Both the position numbers and the translations under genes were made by a program. Below are positions 15,614-25,012 of a stretch of 64,000 nucleotides of DNA, piece by piece. The notes under the pieces are model-generated. The model did not search any database. It was given only the letters and a program-made list of their open reading frames with translations, and was not told where the DNA came from. The DNA lies in the IMG/VR virus record IMGVR_UViG_3300031707_000001, positions 62,001-126,000 of that record. One strand, written 5' to 3'. How positions within the stretch are numbered: the stretch's first letter is position 1; each line of letters starts with the position of its first letter.

Positions 15614-16014
15614 GCAAGCTAGTTGAATATGTCATGACACATGCGGTGCGGGGAGCCTGCAATTGTGGGCGTTGCATTGATGCCCCAACCAATCCCAAGG
15701 AAGAACAACCTACCGGTCACGTGGTGGACCTGACGTTCTTCAAGGTAGCAGCAAGTGGGGGAGATAAAGAAAAGCTGCTGGAGTTGGTGAAAGATGAATA
15801 CCCGCACTACCTGGATGGCAAAGAGCACGGCTACATGGAGATCGGCGCCGAGCTTGGTGACCAGGGTACGGCCCTGATGCTGATCGGGCTGGGGCACGTA
15901 TTGGGAGCGTGGAGAGCCTTGTCCCCGGATACGATGATGCCCAAATTAGCAACAGAGTTGAAACAACAAATGGCTGGTACGGGGATGGTTGCCATGCGTA
16001 CCAAAAACGTGTGA
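15610..16014 (+). CDS. hypothetical protein
   Basis: Coupled ORF with CNCGRC. Confidence 0.6.
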   Translation: MSKLVEYVMTHAVRGACNCGRCIDAPTNPKEEQPTGHVVDLTFFKVAASGGDKEKLLELVKDEYPHYLDGKEHGYMEIGAELGDQGTALMLIGLGHVLGAWRALSPDTMMPKLATELKQQMAGTGMVAMRTKNV

Positions 16015-16024
16015 CGAGGGTACT

Positions 16025-16219
16025 ATGTACAAAGAACCGTTAGCATCAGCACGGACAAACCGTGCCATGGAGCAACGAATCAAACAGAAGATAGAAGCTA
16101 CAGCAGAGAAGATTGCTAATCCGAACTTGAGCGACGAGAAGTTTAATGCAGCACTCTTGGATCTGTGTACGCTCAACAGAATGCGTGACAGTCACAAGGC
16201 TGAAGCGGAAACGAAGTAA
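16025..16219 (+). CDS. small helical protein
   Basis: GAGG RBS; followed by a terminator. Confidence 0.5.
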   Translation: MYKEPLASARTNRAMEQRIKQKIEATAEKIANPNLSDEKFNAALLDLCTLNRMRDSHKAEAETK

Positions 16220-16244
16220 TTGCATGTTTCCTCCTGTTGTGTTG

Positions 16245-16272
16245 TGGGCCCTCCCGTGAGGGCCCATTCTTT
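16245..16272 (+). terminator. intrinsic terminator
   Basis: TGGGCCCTC/GAGGGCCCA followed by TTCTTT. Confidence 0.7.
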
Positions 16273-16281
16273 AGCTATTGC

Positions 16282-16320
16282 CTTAATATTGGATCATATT
16301 CGGCTATAAATATATGTAGG
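16282..16320 (+). promoter_or_regulatory. CTTAAT-N17-TATAAA promoter-like element (copy 3)
   Basis: CTTAAT 16282-16287, TATAAA 16305-16310, ATGTAGG. Confidence 0.6.
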
Positions 16321-16376
16321 AACCTACATTCATAACGATTGCAGGATAGACCTACAAGCCGATCGAAGGAGGACTG

Positions 16377-16643
16377 TTGATGGAAACGTTGTTTATGGGG
16401 AAGATCTTTTCGTGTCAGCGGTGTGGCAAGGTAAGCGTGCTGGCGCTCAAGCAAGAAGACGCCCTGTGCGTAGCCTGCAGGTACCGCAACGGTGGCAACA
16501 TAGCCGAGGATCGGGAACCGTACACTCGGGACCTGATCAGCTCTATGTGCCGGCCGGATGGCACGAAGCTGATAGATGCTTTTGCGTGGCAACAAGGCCA
16601 GGCGGATCATCTTACAGCCAGAGACTGCAGCCAGGACAACTGA
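16377..16643 (+). CDS. small Zn-finger protein
   Basis: CQRCG...CVAC. GGAGG RBS. Confidence 0.6.
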   Translation: MMETLFMGKIFSCQRCGKVSVLALKQEDALCVACRYRNGGNIAEDREPYTRDLISSMCRPDGTKLIDAFAWQQGQADHLTARDCSQDN

Positions 16644-16696
16644 CTGGGCTGCCGGGTTTGGCCAGCACCTGAGAACAGAAGCTGGATGCGAAACCA

Positions 16697-16719
16697 AAGG
16701 GGCGCCTGCCCCTTCTTTT
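16697..16719 (+). terminator. intrinsic terminator
   Basis: AAGGGGC/GCCCCTT followed by CTTTT. Confidence 0.6.
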
Positions 16720-16728
16720 AGCTATTGT

Positions 16729-16767
16729 CTTAATATCCATCCATACTCAGTTATAAGTATCTGTACA
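16729..16767 (+). promoter_or_regulatory. CTTAAT-N17-TATAAG promoter-like element (copy 4)
   Basis: CTTAAT 16729-16734, TATAAG 16752-16757; flanks closely resemble copy 3. Confidence 0.6.
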
Positions 16768-16799
16768 GTACAATATATTGTGTTTCATACACATTCCTG

Positions 16800-17220
16800 G
16801 GAGCCGACTATGAGACTTTGAATATGCTGATTGATATCTAACTAGTGTTTCCGGGGCAGCTGAAACTGCTTACACTGTTCAAACCGGAGTCGTCACCTGA
16901 TGGTCTGGAAAACCAAGTGGTGAGCCTGAGGAAGCAGAGCCTCGATTGATTTGTGATGTCTAATAGTTAGGTTTGCTGTTGGCGAGCTATGGAACCGCTG
17001 CTGAGACCGGCCTGGTATATCTGCATGGCACATGCAGTAATCACTTGCCTACAAAGTAAGTGAGGACGCCACTGCTGTCGGGGGTAAGCATGGATACCGC
17101 TATGGATCATAGGACGTAGTGCCTAAACCGTTTGTAGCAATACGAACGAGGTACGCTGTACTGCTAATCCTATGAGTTGAAGTAGCAGGACCCGGCCTGG
17201 TGTGAATCCGGGGCAGCAAA
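16800..17220 (+). ncRNA. candidate large structured non-coding RNA
   Basis: No plus-strand ORF >=60 aa; several hairpins including a GCAA tetraloop; possible pseudoknot; sits directly behind a promoter. Confidence 0.45.
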
Positions 17221-17250
17221 TCTTAAACATCTAAAGAAAGGAAAGAACGT

Positions 17251-17697
17251 ATGAACGAGGAATTCAAACCTGTATTCACATGTCCCGTGTGTGAGAAACA
17301 CAACCTGGAATATGAACACGATTACGTTGTTGTTATCCAGAAGAAGGAATCCGTATTTTGCAACTGTTATCGTAAAGAGAAGGTTGCTGCCACTCGCCAG
17401 GGTTCGTGCAGGGTTAAGGTATCCGAAAGCGGACACATCACGCCTACGCTGACATTGACCATGGACAAACGATCAAACGGGAAAGCTACAAAGATCGTAT
17501 GGTCCAAACCCAAAGTCTTCTGTTCCTGCTTCGGAAAGGAAGAGAACCCCGATTGGACTCTTACGCAAGAAGTGCCTACCCAAGACGTAGCGAGCCAGTA
17601 TTGGTGTGTGGGGTGTGCTGATTGCAAGGAGCAGATTCCGTTTGCCTGGGAATGTACTCCGAGCGACGGTCCTCGTCAGATTCGACTTCTGATCTAA
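17251..17697 (+). CDS. Cys-rich hypothetical protein
   Basis: CPVC, CNC, CSC, CVGCADC. AAGGA RBS. Confidence 0.6.
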   Translation: MNEEFKPVFTCPVCEKHNLEYEHDYVVVIQKKESVFCNCYRKEKVAATRQGSCRVKVSESGHITPTLTLTMDKRSNGKATKIVWSKPKVFCSCFGKEENPDWTLTQEVPTQDVASQYWCVGCADCKEQIPFAWECTPSDGPRQIRLLI

Positions 17698-17811
17698 TTC
17701 CTAGTGTTTTAGCCCAAGCGGGGTGGGCGGGATGAGTAATCATCCGATCGGCTGGGGAGGCACGGCGGCCCCCTAACCCTGTACCGCCCGTGGGTGTAGA
17801 AAGGAGCGTCC

Positions 17812-17994
17812 ATGAGCCAATGGACCAAAGAGCAAATCCTCAACCGTGTACGTTACGGTGGAGAAGACCCGGCCGAGCTGGGTCGTGCGGGTGGAAGGTC
17901 AACTGCCCGAAAGTGGAAGAAGGACCACCGCTATCGTTTGGTGGCGGAACGGCACAGCGATAAAGAAATACAGGGTATGCCCTGGAACAAGTAA
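17812..17994 (+). CDS. small basic protein
   Basis: AAGGAG RBS; ELGRAGGRST motif. Confidence 0.55.
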   Translation: MSQWTKEQILNRVRYGGEDPAELGRAGGRSTARKWKKDHRYRLVAERHSDKEIQGMPWNK

Positions 17995-18005
17995 GGAGTA
18001 CGCAT

Positions 18006-18335
18006 ATGACGACGGAACAGAAAAAGAGTCTCGAAGAGCGGATAGCGGCACTCGAAGCGAAGACTGAGGCCATGCCGGACCTGAGCAACGAAACCTTCCT
18101 GCAGACATTGGACAGCCATCTGCGGGTAGCCGTTGCCGAGATGGTGCACAACCATATCGAGAAGATCACCGACAAGCAGGCCGAAAGCATCGTCCTTCGG
18201 GGTCTGAAGAGCCTGGGCAAGGAGATCGTGCTCCTGCCGTTCGAGATCGGTAAGCAGTTCTACCTGGGCTGCCGGGACCTCGTGACCAAGAAGGCGCCGA
18301 AGGTTCAGCCCACCGTCGAACCAGCAAAGGCGTAA
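18006..18335 (+). CDS. hypothetical protein
   Basis: AAGGAG RBS. Confidence 0.6.
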   Translation: MTTEQKKSLEERIAALEAKTEAMPDLSNETFLQTLDSHLRVAVAEMVHNHIEKITDKQAESIVLRGLKSLGKEIVLLPFEIGKQFYLGCRDLVTKKAPKVQPTVEPAKA

Positions 18336-18397
18336 GTGGAGTTCAAGCGATAAACGAGAAGACGTCCCATGTGGGCGTCTTCTTTAGATAGGAGCCG

Positions 18398-19024
18398 ATG
18401 AAGCAACGAATTTATTTATCTGTGGATCTGGACTACTGGTGTGCTGGACTTGCTCTTTGGAGCGGTGCTATACGCACAATGCAGAAGCTGATAAAGCTTG
18501 GCAAGCCGATCATTATGGTGGCTGATCATGGAACCATGATAGAGCACATCAACAGTCATCCAGCCGATTGTCTGATTAACGTTGATGCTCACAGCGACAT
18601 CTGGGGCTACGACAGTGTAAGAAGGATCGGAAACAGCGTTGATTGCAGCAACTGGGTCAATGCGGTATCGTGGCAAAAAGGCAAAGAGTATATCTGGTTT
18701 CATCCACACAAGACTGGCGTATGGGATGAGGGATTTTGCCATGGAGAAGATCCAAATCCGTTTAGGAAAAAGAACAGGCCTAAGTATGCGTGGAAAGAAG
18801 CGCACTATCAACGTGGATTTCCTACACAGAAACAAATTGATGCTGCAATTGCTGTAGGTATAGCCATTAGCGAGGATTGGTTGGACAACGCCGATCAGGT
18901 GGAAGCAGCCATAAGATTTGCCTTAAAGCACAACATTAAGTTGCCAGACCTGTACAACCTTGGCCGGTATGAACAGAATCTAAACCAAAAACTATTGGAG
19001 AAAGCGAAGGAGAAGCTATCGTGA
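18398..19024 (+). CDS. UPF0489-like (arginase/deacetylase-fold) metallo-protein
   Basis: LSVDLDYW, VADH, LINVDAHSD motifs. Confidence 0.6.
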   Translation: MKQRIYLSVDLDYWCAGLALWSGAIRTMQKLIKLGKPIIMVADHGTMIEHINSHPADCLINVDAHSDIWGYDSVRRIGNSVDCSNWVNAVSWQKGKEYIWFHPHKTGVWDEGFCHGEDPNPFRKKNRPKYAWKEAHYQRGFPTQKQIDAAIAVGIAISEDWLDNADQVEAAIRFALKHNIKLPDLYNLGRYEQNLNQKLLEKAKEKLS

Positions 19025-19575
19025 TAACAGACCAGGAGATATTGGACGAAGGAAAACGCATCTTTGAGGTGCTGGGACAGAAGGTAGGAACATACAAGGA
19101 GTTCCCATCTTCTATGATTTTATTCCGCCAGGGCGGAGAAAGAATTCGAGTTCCGATTGACCATTTTGCCGGCGAGTTTGGGCAAGATCCCGGGACCATT
19201 GTAAAGACATTGCTTCCGCTTCTGCGTAAGGACAAGCAGTTGATGGGAATGCTGTTCTTTTCAGAGGGCTGGTCTCTCAAAGGAAATATCAAGCAAGTGG
19301 TAGACATGTCATCGGAGGCGAAAGAAGACCTAGAAAAGGTTATGCGTGGAGAGATGAGCGTCTCGGACTCACAGTTCAAGCAAGAATGCCTGATGGTCAA
19401 CGTCGAGACTCGCAGTGGACGAAGGCTCCATTTCATGCGTGAGATTGTTCACGATCAGAATGGAAAGCGTAGCATGGGTGAAGAACAGATATGTTTTTCT
19501 GAGAAAGACCATATGACAGGAAAAACAATTGGATTCTTTGAAGATCCGCCGCCCATGCCAACGAGGTTTGCATGA
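19021..19575 (+). CDS. hypothetical protein
   Basis: GTGA-coupled, 184 aa. Confidence 0.6.
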   Translation: MITDQEILDEGKRIFEVLGQKVGTYKEFPSSMILFRQGGERIRVPIDHFAGEFGQDPGTIVKTLLPLLRKDKQLMGMLFFSEGWSLKGNIKQVVDMSSEAKEDLEKVMRGEMSVSDSQFKQECLMVNVETRSGRRLHFMREIVHDQNGKRSMGEEQICFSEKDHMTGKTIGFFEDPPPMPTRFA

Positions 19576-19865
19576 CCGGTAAAATGTACCTGGTTCGGCG
19601 GACTGACACAGGGGAGTATTTTCGACAGTTATCTTCTGGTTATCTTAAGGACTGGGCTGTGGATGATCCTCGGCGTAAGAACTGGACGCTGGACATTGAG
19701 AAGGCCAAGCCATATTCCTTGAATGGTGCCATTAGCGTGGCGAGTAATCAGAGAAACGACTGCAGTGTTGAAGTCGTAAGGTTAAAGATAACCGTAGATG
19801 AGGTTGTCAGAACATGGAATAAAGGAATACAGAATGACAAAGTGGAAGCCAAGCAAAAGCGATAA
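19572..19865 (+). CDS. hypothetical protein
   Basis: ATGA-coupled. Confidence 0.55.
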   Translation: MTGKMYLVRRTDTGEYFRQLSSGYLKDWAVDDPRRKNWTLDIEKAKPYSLNGAISVASNQRNDCSVEVVRLKITVDEVVRTWNKGIQNDKVEAKQKR

Positions 19866-20076
19866 GAAGTGGATGGAAGACGTTGCCGGATCGCTCCGTG
19901 ACGGTGGCATGTGGGCGGTACCGGCAAACGGATCGTTGTGGTGTGTCCACAAGAATGATAAGGCGGTAAACGTCGTATGTCGTGGACTTGACGACGAACT
20001 GACGGAGAGAATTGTCGTGGCTTTCAAGGCCATTGGATATCAGGTGAAAGACTGTCCTCAACTACAAGAATCTTGA
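19834..20076 (+). CDS. hypothetical protein
   Basis: AAGGA RBS; ends just before a terminator. Confidence 0.55.
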   Translation: MTKWKPSKSDKKWMEDVAGSLRDGGMWAVPANGSLWCVHKNDKAVNVVCRGLDDELTERIVVAFKAIGYQVKDCPQLQES

Positions 20077-20085
20077 GAAGTCTTT

Positions 20086-20113
20086 AGGCGCCCCTTCGGA
20101 GGTGCCTTTTTTA
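20086..20113 (+). terminator. terminator marking the accessory/structural boundary
   Basis: AGGCGCC..TTCG..GGTGCCT followed by a T run. Confidence 0.75.
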
Positions 20114-20125
20114 CCTATTGCAGGA

Positions 20126-20155
20126 TTGACATACCTGGACGTATTAGGGTAACTT
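20126..20155 (+). promoter_or_regulatory. sigma70-like promoter upstream of the structural module
   Basis: TTGACA 20126-20131, 18 nt, TAACTT. Confidence 0.45.
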
Positions 20156-20196
20156 ATACTGTGCTGTAGAGTAACTATTAAACAAGGAGCTTTGCC

Positions 20197-20652
20197 ATGG
20201 AACTCATTCCTGCATCGGTCGATGAGATTGCTGTATTCAAACTTTCCGCCGTTGAAACCTACAAGAAGGCTGGTGTGGATCCCAAGAAAGCAGCTGCTCT
20301 GTTCGAGAAGACAATGGGCAAGCTGGCTGGGGAGCTTGGGTTGGTTACAGAAAAGAAAGCTATCGATCTTGCTCCGGTAGCATCTATAGCAGACGACGTA
20401 GCTACGCTTATTGCAACTCAGATGGGTAAGACCAGAAAGCAGGCCAAGGACAAAGTAGGCGGTCTTGCAGCTAAGATTGCTGAAGTAATCGCATCCAAGC
20501 GGGCCCAGGCCGCAACACCTCCGCAGCCGCCTACCGGGATTACAGCACCATCACAACAACCCATATCCAAACAAAATGTAATGGGCGGCACGGGCATCAC
20601 TGCACCTGCAGCTCCAAAGGCGCCAGCAGCTGCAATGCCCAAGCAGCAGTAA
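20197..20652 (+). CDS. hypothetical virion-module protein, Pro/Ala-rich C-terminus
   Basis: AAGGAG RBS; KxA motifs. Confidence 0.65.
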   Translation: MELIPASVDEIAVFKLSAVETYKKAGVDPKKAAALFEKTMGKLAGELGLVTEKKAIDLAPVASIADDVATLIATQMGKTRKQAKDKVGGLAAKIAEVIASKRAQAATPPQPPTGITAPSQQPISKQNVMGGTGITAPAAPKAPAAAMPKQQ

Positions 20653-20686
20653 CCGAATACAAACAACGAACAACGCAGAGGACGGT

Positions 20687-21202
20687 ATGCGAATAACAAA
20701 CATCCTACCGTGTCCTTCGTACCTTTCCTATGCAGGAACAGGTCCTGGAGGGCGCACACTAAATCCTGGAGAGGCTAGTCCTGTACTTCCGTTCAAAACA
20801 CTGTTAGTGGATCAGCTTTGGAAAGATCTACACAGCGACAAGATCCGGATTCGTCTGGACAAGGGCGACAAGGATTTTATATCGGATATGACAGCCGAGG
20901 ACATTCGTCCTATTGTTGTGAAGAAGATCCCTGTTCCTCCACCCAAGCCAAAGCCACTACCTCGTCCGTCTAATCCGGCGCCGAAAGCTGCTCAGCCTAA
21001 GAATCAAGCAATCAAGAAAGCGTACAAGCCTATTGATGCTATTACAGCCGAAAAGATCAGAAGTGGAGAAGTAAGCATAAAGGATTTGCAGATGCAGAAC
21101 GTTATCAATACCACACCGACGACATCGAGCATACCGTTGACTGATCCTGCGCAGAAAGCTACGCTTAAGGAAATACAAGCGCATATGCACGGGAGCATAT
21201 AA
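20687..21202 (+). CDS. hypothetical protein with Pro-rich linker
   Basis: Coupled ORF. Confidence 0.65.
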   Translation: MRITNILPCPSYLSYAGTGPGGRTLNPGEASPVLPFKTLLVDQLWKDLHSDKIRIRLDKGDKDFISDMTAEDIRPIVVKKIPVPPPKPKPLPRPSNPAPKAAQPKNQAIKKAYKPIDAITAEKIRSGEVSIKDLQMQNVINTTPTTSSIPLTDPAQKATLKEIQAHMHGSI

Positions 21203-21966
21203 TGCCAAAAGTAAAAGCATTCAGATCTGGATACGCCAAAGATGTCATGCCCAGTCGTGTGGAAGCGGAAGAGCAGGCCGGGCTGGCGGTGCCTGTGGCA
21301 TCCGAAAACGGAGCACAGGCGGGGATAGTATCCCCAACCCTGAGAATATACGGTAAAGCGAACTACAAAGCTGTAACTCTAAGAGAAGCGGAGATGAATA
21401 TGGCAAAACGAACACGAGGCGAAATGCCCCCAATCAAGGGTGGCTTGGATGACGACGATACTATGAAGTTCCCCGAGAGCAAGCGGGGTCAGAATAAAAT
21501 AACAGTGGGCAGGCCTGGGTTTGATCCATTGGGGGAAGTACCTGACCCTCAGCCTGGCGACCTGACAGCTGAGGAGCAAGCATTGGGTAGGGAACAACAG
21601 ATGGTGGTAGGCAGGGTTGTGCCTTTGGTGCAGGATCCTGGTGTGGTTACGTCTGCAGGTCCGCTTCAGACGTTTGTGACGGAAACACCTGAGCAGATCT
21701 ACCTGAGGCAGCGTGGCAGGGTTACGCTTGAGATGAATGATGGAACCATGTCCGTGGCTTGTATTGATGTGAAAGAGTCGCAGTATGGAATCACAATCTT
21801 ATTGCCATTGGCTACTGAAGGTGCTACATTTATTCCCAAGCCTGGGTCCGAGATTACAGTGGCCAGCGGATCAAATCGCTGGAAATGTTACTTCCCCGGC
21901 ACGTACTTCGAACTACCCGAACTATCACTGATTGGTCTGGTATTCGTAAAGGCCGAGGAGAAGTAA
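21202..21966 (+). CDS. hypothetical protein
   Basis: TAATG overlap, 254 aa. Confidence 0.65.
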   Translation: MPKVKAFRSGYAKDVMPSRVEAEEQAGLAVPVASENGAQAGIVSPTLRIYGKANYKAVTLREAEMNMAKRTRGEMPPIKGGLDDDDTMKFPESKRGQNKITVGRPGFDPLGEVPDPQPGDLTAEEQALGREQQMVVGRVVPLVQDPGVVTSAGPLQTFVTETPEQIYLRQRGRVTLEMNDGTMSVACIDVKESQYGITILLPLATEGATFIPKPGSEITVASGSNRWKCYFPGTYFELPELSLIGLVFVKAEEK

Positions 21967-21968
21967 CT

Positions 21969-22166
21969 ATGGCTATACAAGATGACATCAGGTTTCTTGC
22001 CAAGGAACATGGCGCCGACAATCTCACCGACGAACAGGTGACAGAACTACAAAAGAAGCTCGGCTGTGCTATAATTGACCAGTGGCTTGACAACTCACAG
22101 TTGTCAAGTATGCCTCCAATTCAAACTCCGGAGAATTCCCATGATGGAAAAGCGAAACGTGGTTGA
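21969..22166 (+). CDS. small hypothetical protein
   Basis: ATG 21969 directly after the previous stop. Confidence 0.45.
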   Translation: MAIQDDIRFLAKEHGADNLTDEQVTELQKKLGCAIIDQWLDNSQLSSMPPIQTPENSHDGKAKRG

Positions 22167-22311
22167 AGAACTTCGAACGCCCAAACAAGAACTGGAACGC
22201 CCTGATGAAGACTGGGACAAGCAGGCTGCTGACAAGTTTGTTCCCGTGATCAAGGTTGAGCCCAAACCAGTCGTACCTGAAACTCCGAAGGGAAGCGTGA
22301 CAAATGGGTGA
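22141..22311 (+). CDS. small hypothetical protein
   Basis: GGAG RBS; MMEKRNVVEE..RTP; overlaps the next start. Confidence 0.5.
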   Translation: MMEKRNVVEELRTPKQELERPDEDWDKQAADKFVPVIKVEPKPVVPETPKGSVTNG

Positions 22312-24295
22312 TTCACAAAGTCTATTTCCTTTTCCATATGAAGCTCCATCGGGTAGTCGCTCAGGGGCAAACAAATACCCCGATCCCTTTTGCGACATTG
22401 CCAGCACGTACGTTCCCCGGGACCTGAACATCATCTTTGAATGGATGGAGTATTTGTATCTGACCATGGGTACCTTCCGCACGGCCGCTCGCCGTGTAGT
22501 CCGCTATTTCCTTACCGAGATAGTTCTGGAAGGAGAATCAGATGCAGAACGTGATAAGTACGAAAAGTTCCTTCACGACGACTTAAACCTCATGAACAGT
22601 CTTGCCAATATTGGCGACGACTACATGGTTTATGGCAACGTATTTGTATCCATTTACTTTCCCTTTGATCGTTGGCTGATCTGTCCGCATTGCGGCATGG
22701 AATACCACTGCAAGACAGTAGACTACAAGTTCAACCTGGCCGACGGCAAGTTCAGCGGTAACTGTATCAAGTGTCACAAGGAACAGGTAGAATTCAAGCG
22801 TGAGGATCGCCGCTCACCCGATCGCAGCCGTGTACGTATCATTCGTTGGAACCCAAAGTTTATGCGTCTGCGTCATCATCCGATCAGCGGCAAGATCGAC
22901 TACTTCCTGGAAATGGAGCCGCTGTTCGTCAACCGCTTGCGTGCCGGCGAGAAGTTCTACATCGACGAGACACCGTGGTCCATGATCGAAGCCTGTCGCA
23001 CCAGCGCCAAGGATGCAGGCCGTGTACTGTTCAAGTTCCGAGACGATGCCATATTCCACTTCCGTGATGCTACCCTGTCTGGTATGGCGCCTACAGGCCC
23101 TCGTGGATGGGCTATTCCGCCTATGATGCCCAACTTCCGCTTGGCCTACTACATTCAATTGTTGCGCCGGTACGATGAAGCTATTGCATTGGACTTCATC
23201 ATGCCGTTCCGTGTGATCTACCCTGATCTGAACAAGGACAAGCAGGGAAGCGATCCGCTATCACTTATGAGCATGGGCAACTTCATTGGCCACATGACTC
23301 AGATGATCGAGAACAAGCGGCGCAACATTACGGATATTCAGATTGCGCCGTTTCCTATTGGCTACCAGATGTTGGGCGGCGAAGCCAAGGAGTTGGCGCC
23401 CAAGGATAGCATTGCCCAGGCTATTGACGAGCTTCTTAATGCCATGGGTTTCCCGGCTGAACTGTACCGGGGCAGCTTGTCCATACAGGCATTTCCAGTT
23501 GCGCTTCGACTGTTTGAAAAGAGCTGGGGCGCACTGGTGGATGGCATGAACGACTTCGTACGGTGGCTGCTTGAGCGTTTGTCCAGACACTTCATGTGGG
23601 GTCCGGTCACCGGGGAACTGCGCAGCGTAACGCTGGCAGATGACATTGAACGTAAGGCATTGGCTTTGCAGGCAGCAGCAGGAATGGATATCTCCAAGGC
23701 CACGGCTTACCGTCCGTTGGGTATCGACTATCTGGAAGAGCAGCGGCGTGTGGTCGAAGAGCAGGAAGAGATCATGAAGCTCCAGCAGGAAGCTATGGAG
23801 CGTCAACAGGCATCGCAGGGAGCGCCTCCAGGCGGTGGTGGCGGTGGACAGCCAGACCAAAGCGGTGGTGGTGGTGCTACTACGCAGCCTGGTGCAACTC
23901 CTGGCGACGTATACGAGCAGGGCAAGGCATTGGCACAGCAGCTATTGCTGCAGACTCCGCCTACAGCCCGTCGTGGCCAGTTGGTACAGATCAAGCATAC
24001 AAACCCAACGCTGCATGCTATCGTGTTGCAGGAGATGAACAACATGCGTCAGCAGTTTGCTTCCCAAGGACAGCAGGCCATGATGCAGCAAGCCGGTGCC
24101 AAGATGGCATCAGCCATAGACAAGCAGCTTGACAAGGTGCCTAGCCCATTCCTGATTGGCATATTGATTAGTGATCAGATATGCGATTATACCCGTAAGG
24201 ATTTGTCGAAGATAGCCATGGACGTAAAATATGGGGTGCCGTATGCCAAGGAAGCATTCCACTTCATATTCGAAAAAGTGAGAGGGCTGACGTGA
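22304..24295 (+). CDS. putative portal protein with Zn-ribbon insertion and Q/G-rich tail
   Basis: 663 aa near the head of the morphogenesis cluster; DYMVYGNVFV and IIRWNP resemble portal motifs; CPHC...CIKC insert. Confidence 0.5.
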   Translation: MGDSQSLFPFPYEAPSGSRSGANKYPDPFCDIASTYVPRDLNIIFEWMEYLYLTMGTFRTAARRVVRYFLTEIVLEGESDAERDKYEKFLHDDLNLMNSLANIGDDYMVYGNVFVSIYFPFDRWLICPHCGMEYHCKTVDYKFNLADGKFSGNCIKCHKEQVEFKREDRRSPDRSRVRIIRWNPKFMRLRHHPISGKIDYFLEMEPLFVNRLRAGEKFYIDETPWSMIEACRTSAKDAGRVLFKFRDDAIFHFRDATLSGMAPTGPRGWAIPPMMPNFRLAYYIQLLRRYDEAIALDFIMPFRVIYPDLNKDKQGSDPLSLMSMGNFIGHMTQMIENKRRNITDIQIAPFPIGYQMLGGEAKELAPKDSIAQAIDELLNAMGFPAELYRGSLSIQAFPVALRLFEKSWGALVDGMNDFVRWLLERLSRHFMWGPVTGELRSVTLADDIERKALALQAAAGMDISKATAYRPLGIDYLEEQRRVVEEQEEIMKLQQEAMERQQASQGAPPGGGGGGQPDQSGGGGATTQPGATPGDVYEQGKALAQQLLLQTPPTARRGQLVQIKHTNPTLHAIVLQEMNNMRQQFASQGQQAMMQQAGAKMASAIDKQLDKVPSPFLIGILISDQICDYTRKDLSKIAMDVKYGVPYAKEAFHFIFEKVRGLT

Positions 24296-25002
24296 ACAAA
24301 ATAGCAAGTTTTCGTTTAGATGCAGATTCTGCCTTGGTAAAGCTGTTAGACCAATTTTCGGCGAATCGGGCAGCGGCAAAAGCAAAGTCTGTCTATGACA
24401 ATGTAATGAAAGCTAAGGCTGTTCAAGACGCTGCAAGACAAGCTAAGGCCATTGAATCATCAGCAAAATCTAGAGTTGCAATGATAGCTCGGGCTATTCG
24501 AGAGGCCAACGAAAAGCTTCATCCTCAGGGAAATATCGGTTCTCAGGAATTAACTAAAGCGGTACCTGCAGTGCTTCCTTCAGAGAGTTTAGAAAAAGAG
24601 CGTATTGCTGCATTGCGTCGGGCTTATGCTGCCAAGACTCCAAGGAAGGAATTCAAACCTATTCCGACAACGTATCCGGTGAATCATGTTGTGGATACTT
24701 TCAAGCATATTGTAGGTACGCCACCGACTCCCACCGTACAGTTACCACCGGGAAAGAAGCCGCCGTTGGGTGATCTGCAAAGTTTGTTGATTACACCTAA
24801 GCAGGGAAGTGTAACACCTTACGAACAAGGTTTCATTACTAAAACGGCTGCGCTTCCACCTGAGGTTCGCTCAAGGCTGATGGTTTGGTTGCGTAAGATG
24901 TTTGGAATGGATAATACATCGCAGGCGCCCGGGGCTACACCTTTGGGATTGCCTGACGTTTCATCCGGATACGATCGTGTGTCGGCTATGCCTGTAAAAT
25001 AA
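24292..25002 (+). CDS. putative virion protein
   Basis: Contains YEQGFITKTAA motif. Confidence 0.6.
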   Translation: MNKIASFRLDADSALVKLLDQFSANRAAAKAKSVYDNVMKAKAVQDAARQAKAIESSAKSRVAMIARAIREANEKLHPQGNIGSQELTKAVPAVLPSESLEKERIAALRRAYAAKTPRKEFKPIPTTYPVNHVVDTFKHIVGTPPTPTVQLPPGKKPPLGDLQSLLITPKQGSVTPYEQGFITKTAALPPEVRSRLMVWLRKMFGMDNTSQAPGATPLGLPDVSSGYDRVSAMPVK

Positions 25003-25012
25003 GGAGCTTACC

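Noticed and set aside
16800-17220. tmRNA, RNase P, SRP RNA or hammerhead identity for the structured region
   Set aside because: No tRNA-like ends, the GGAAGCAG at ~16928 lacks the SRP helix context, and CTGATGG does not complete a hammerhead core.
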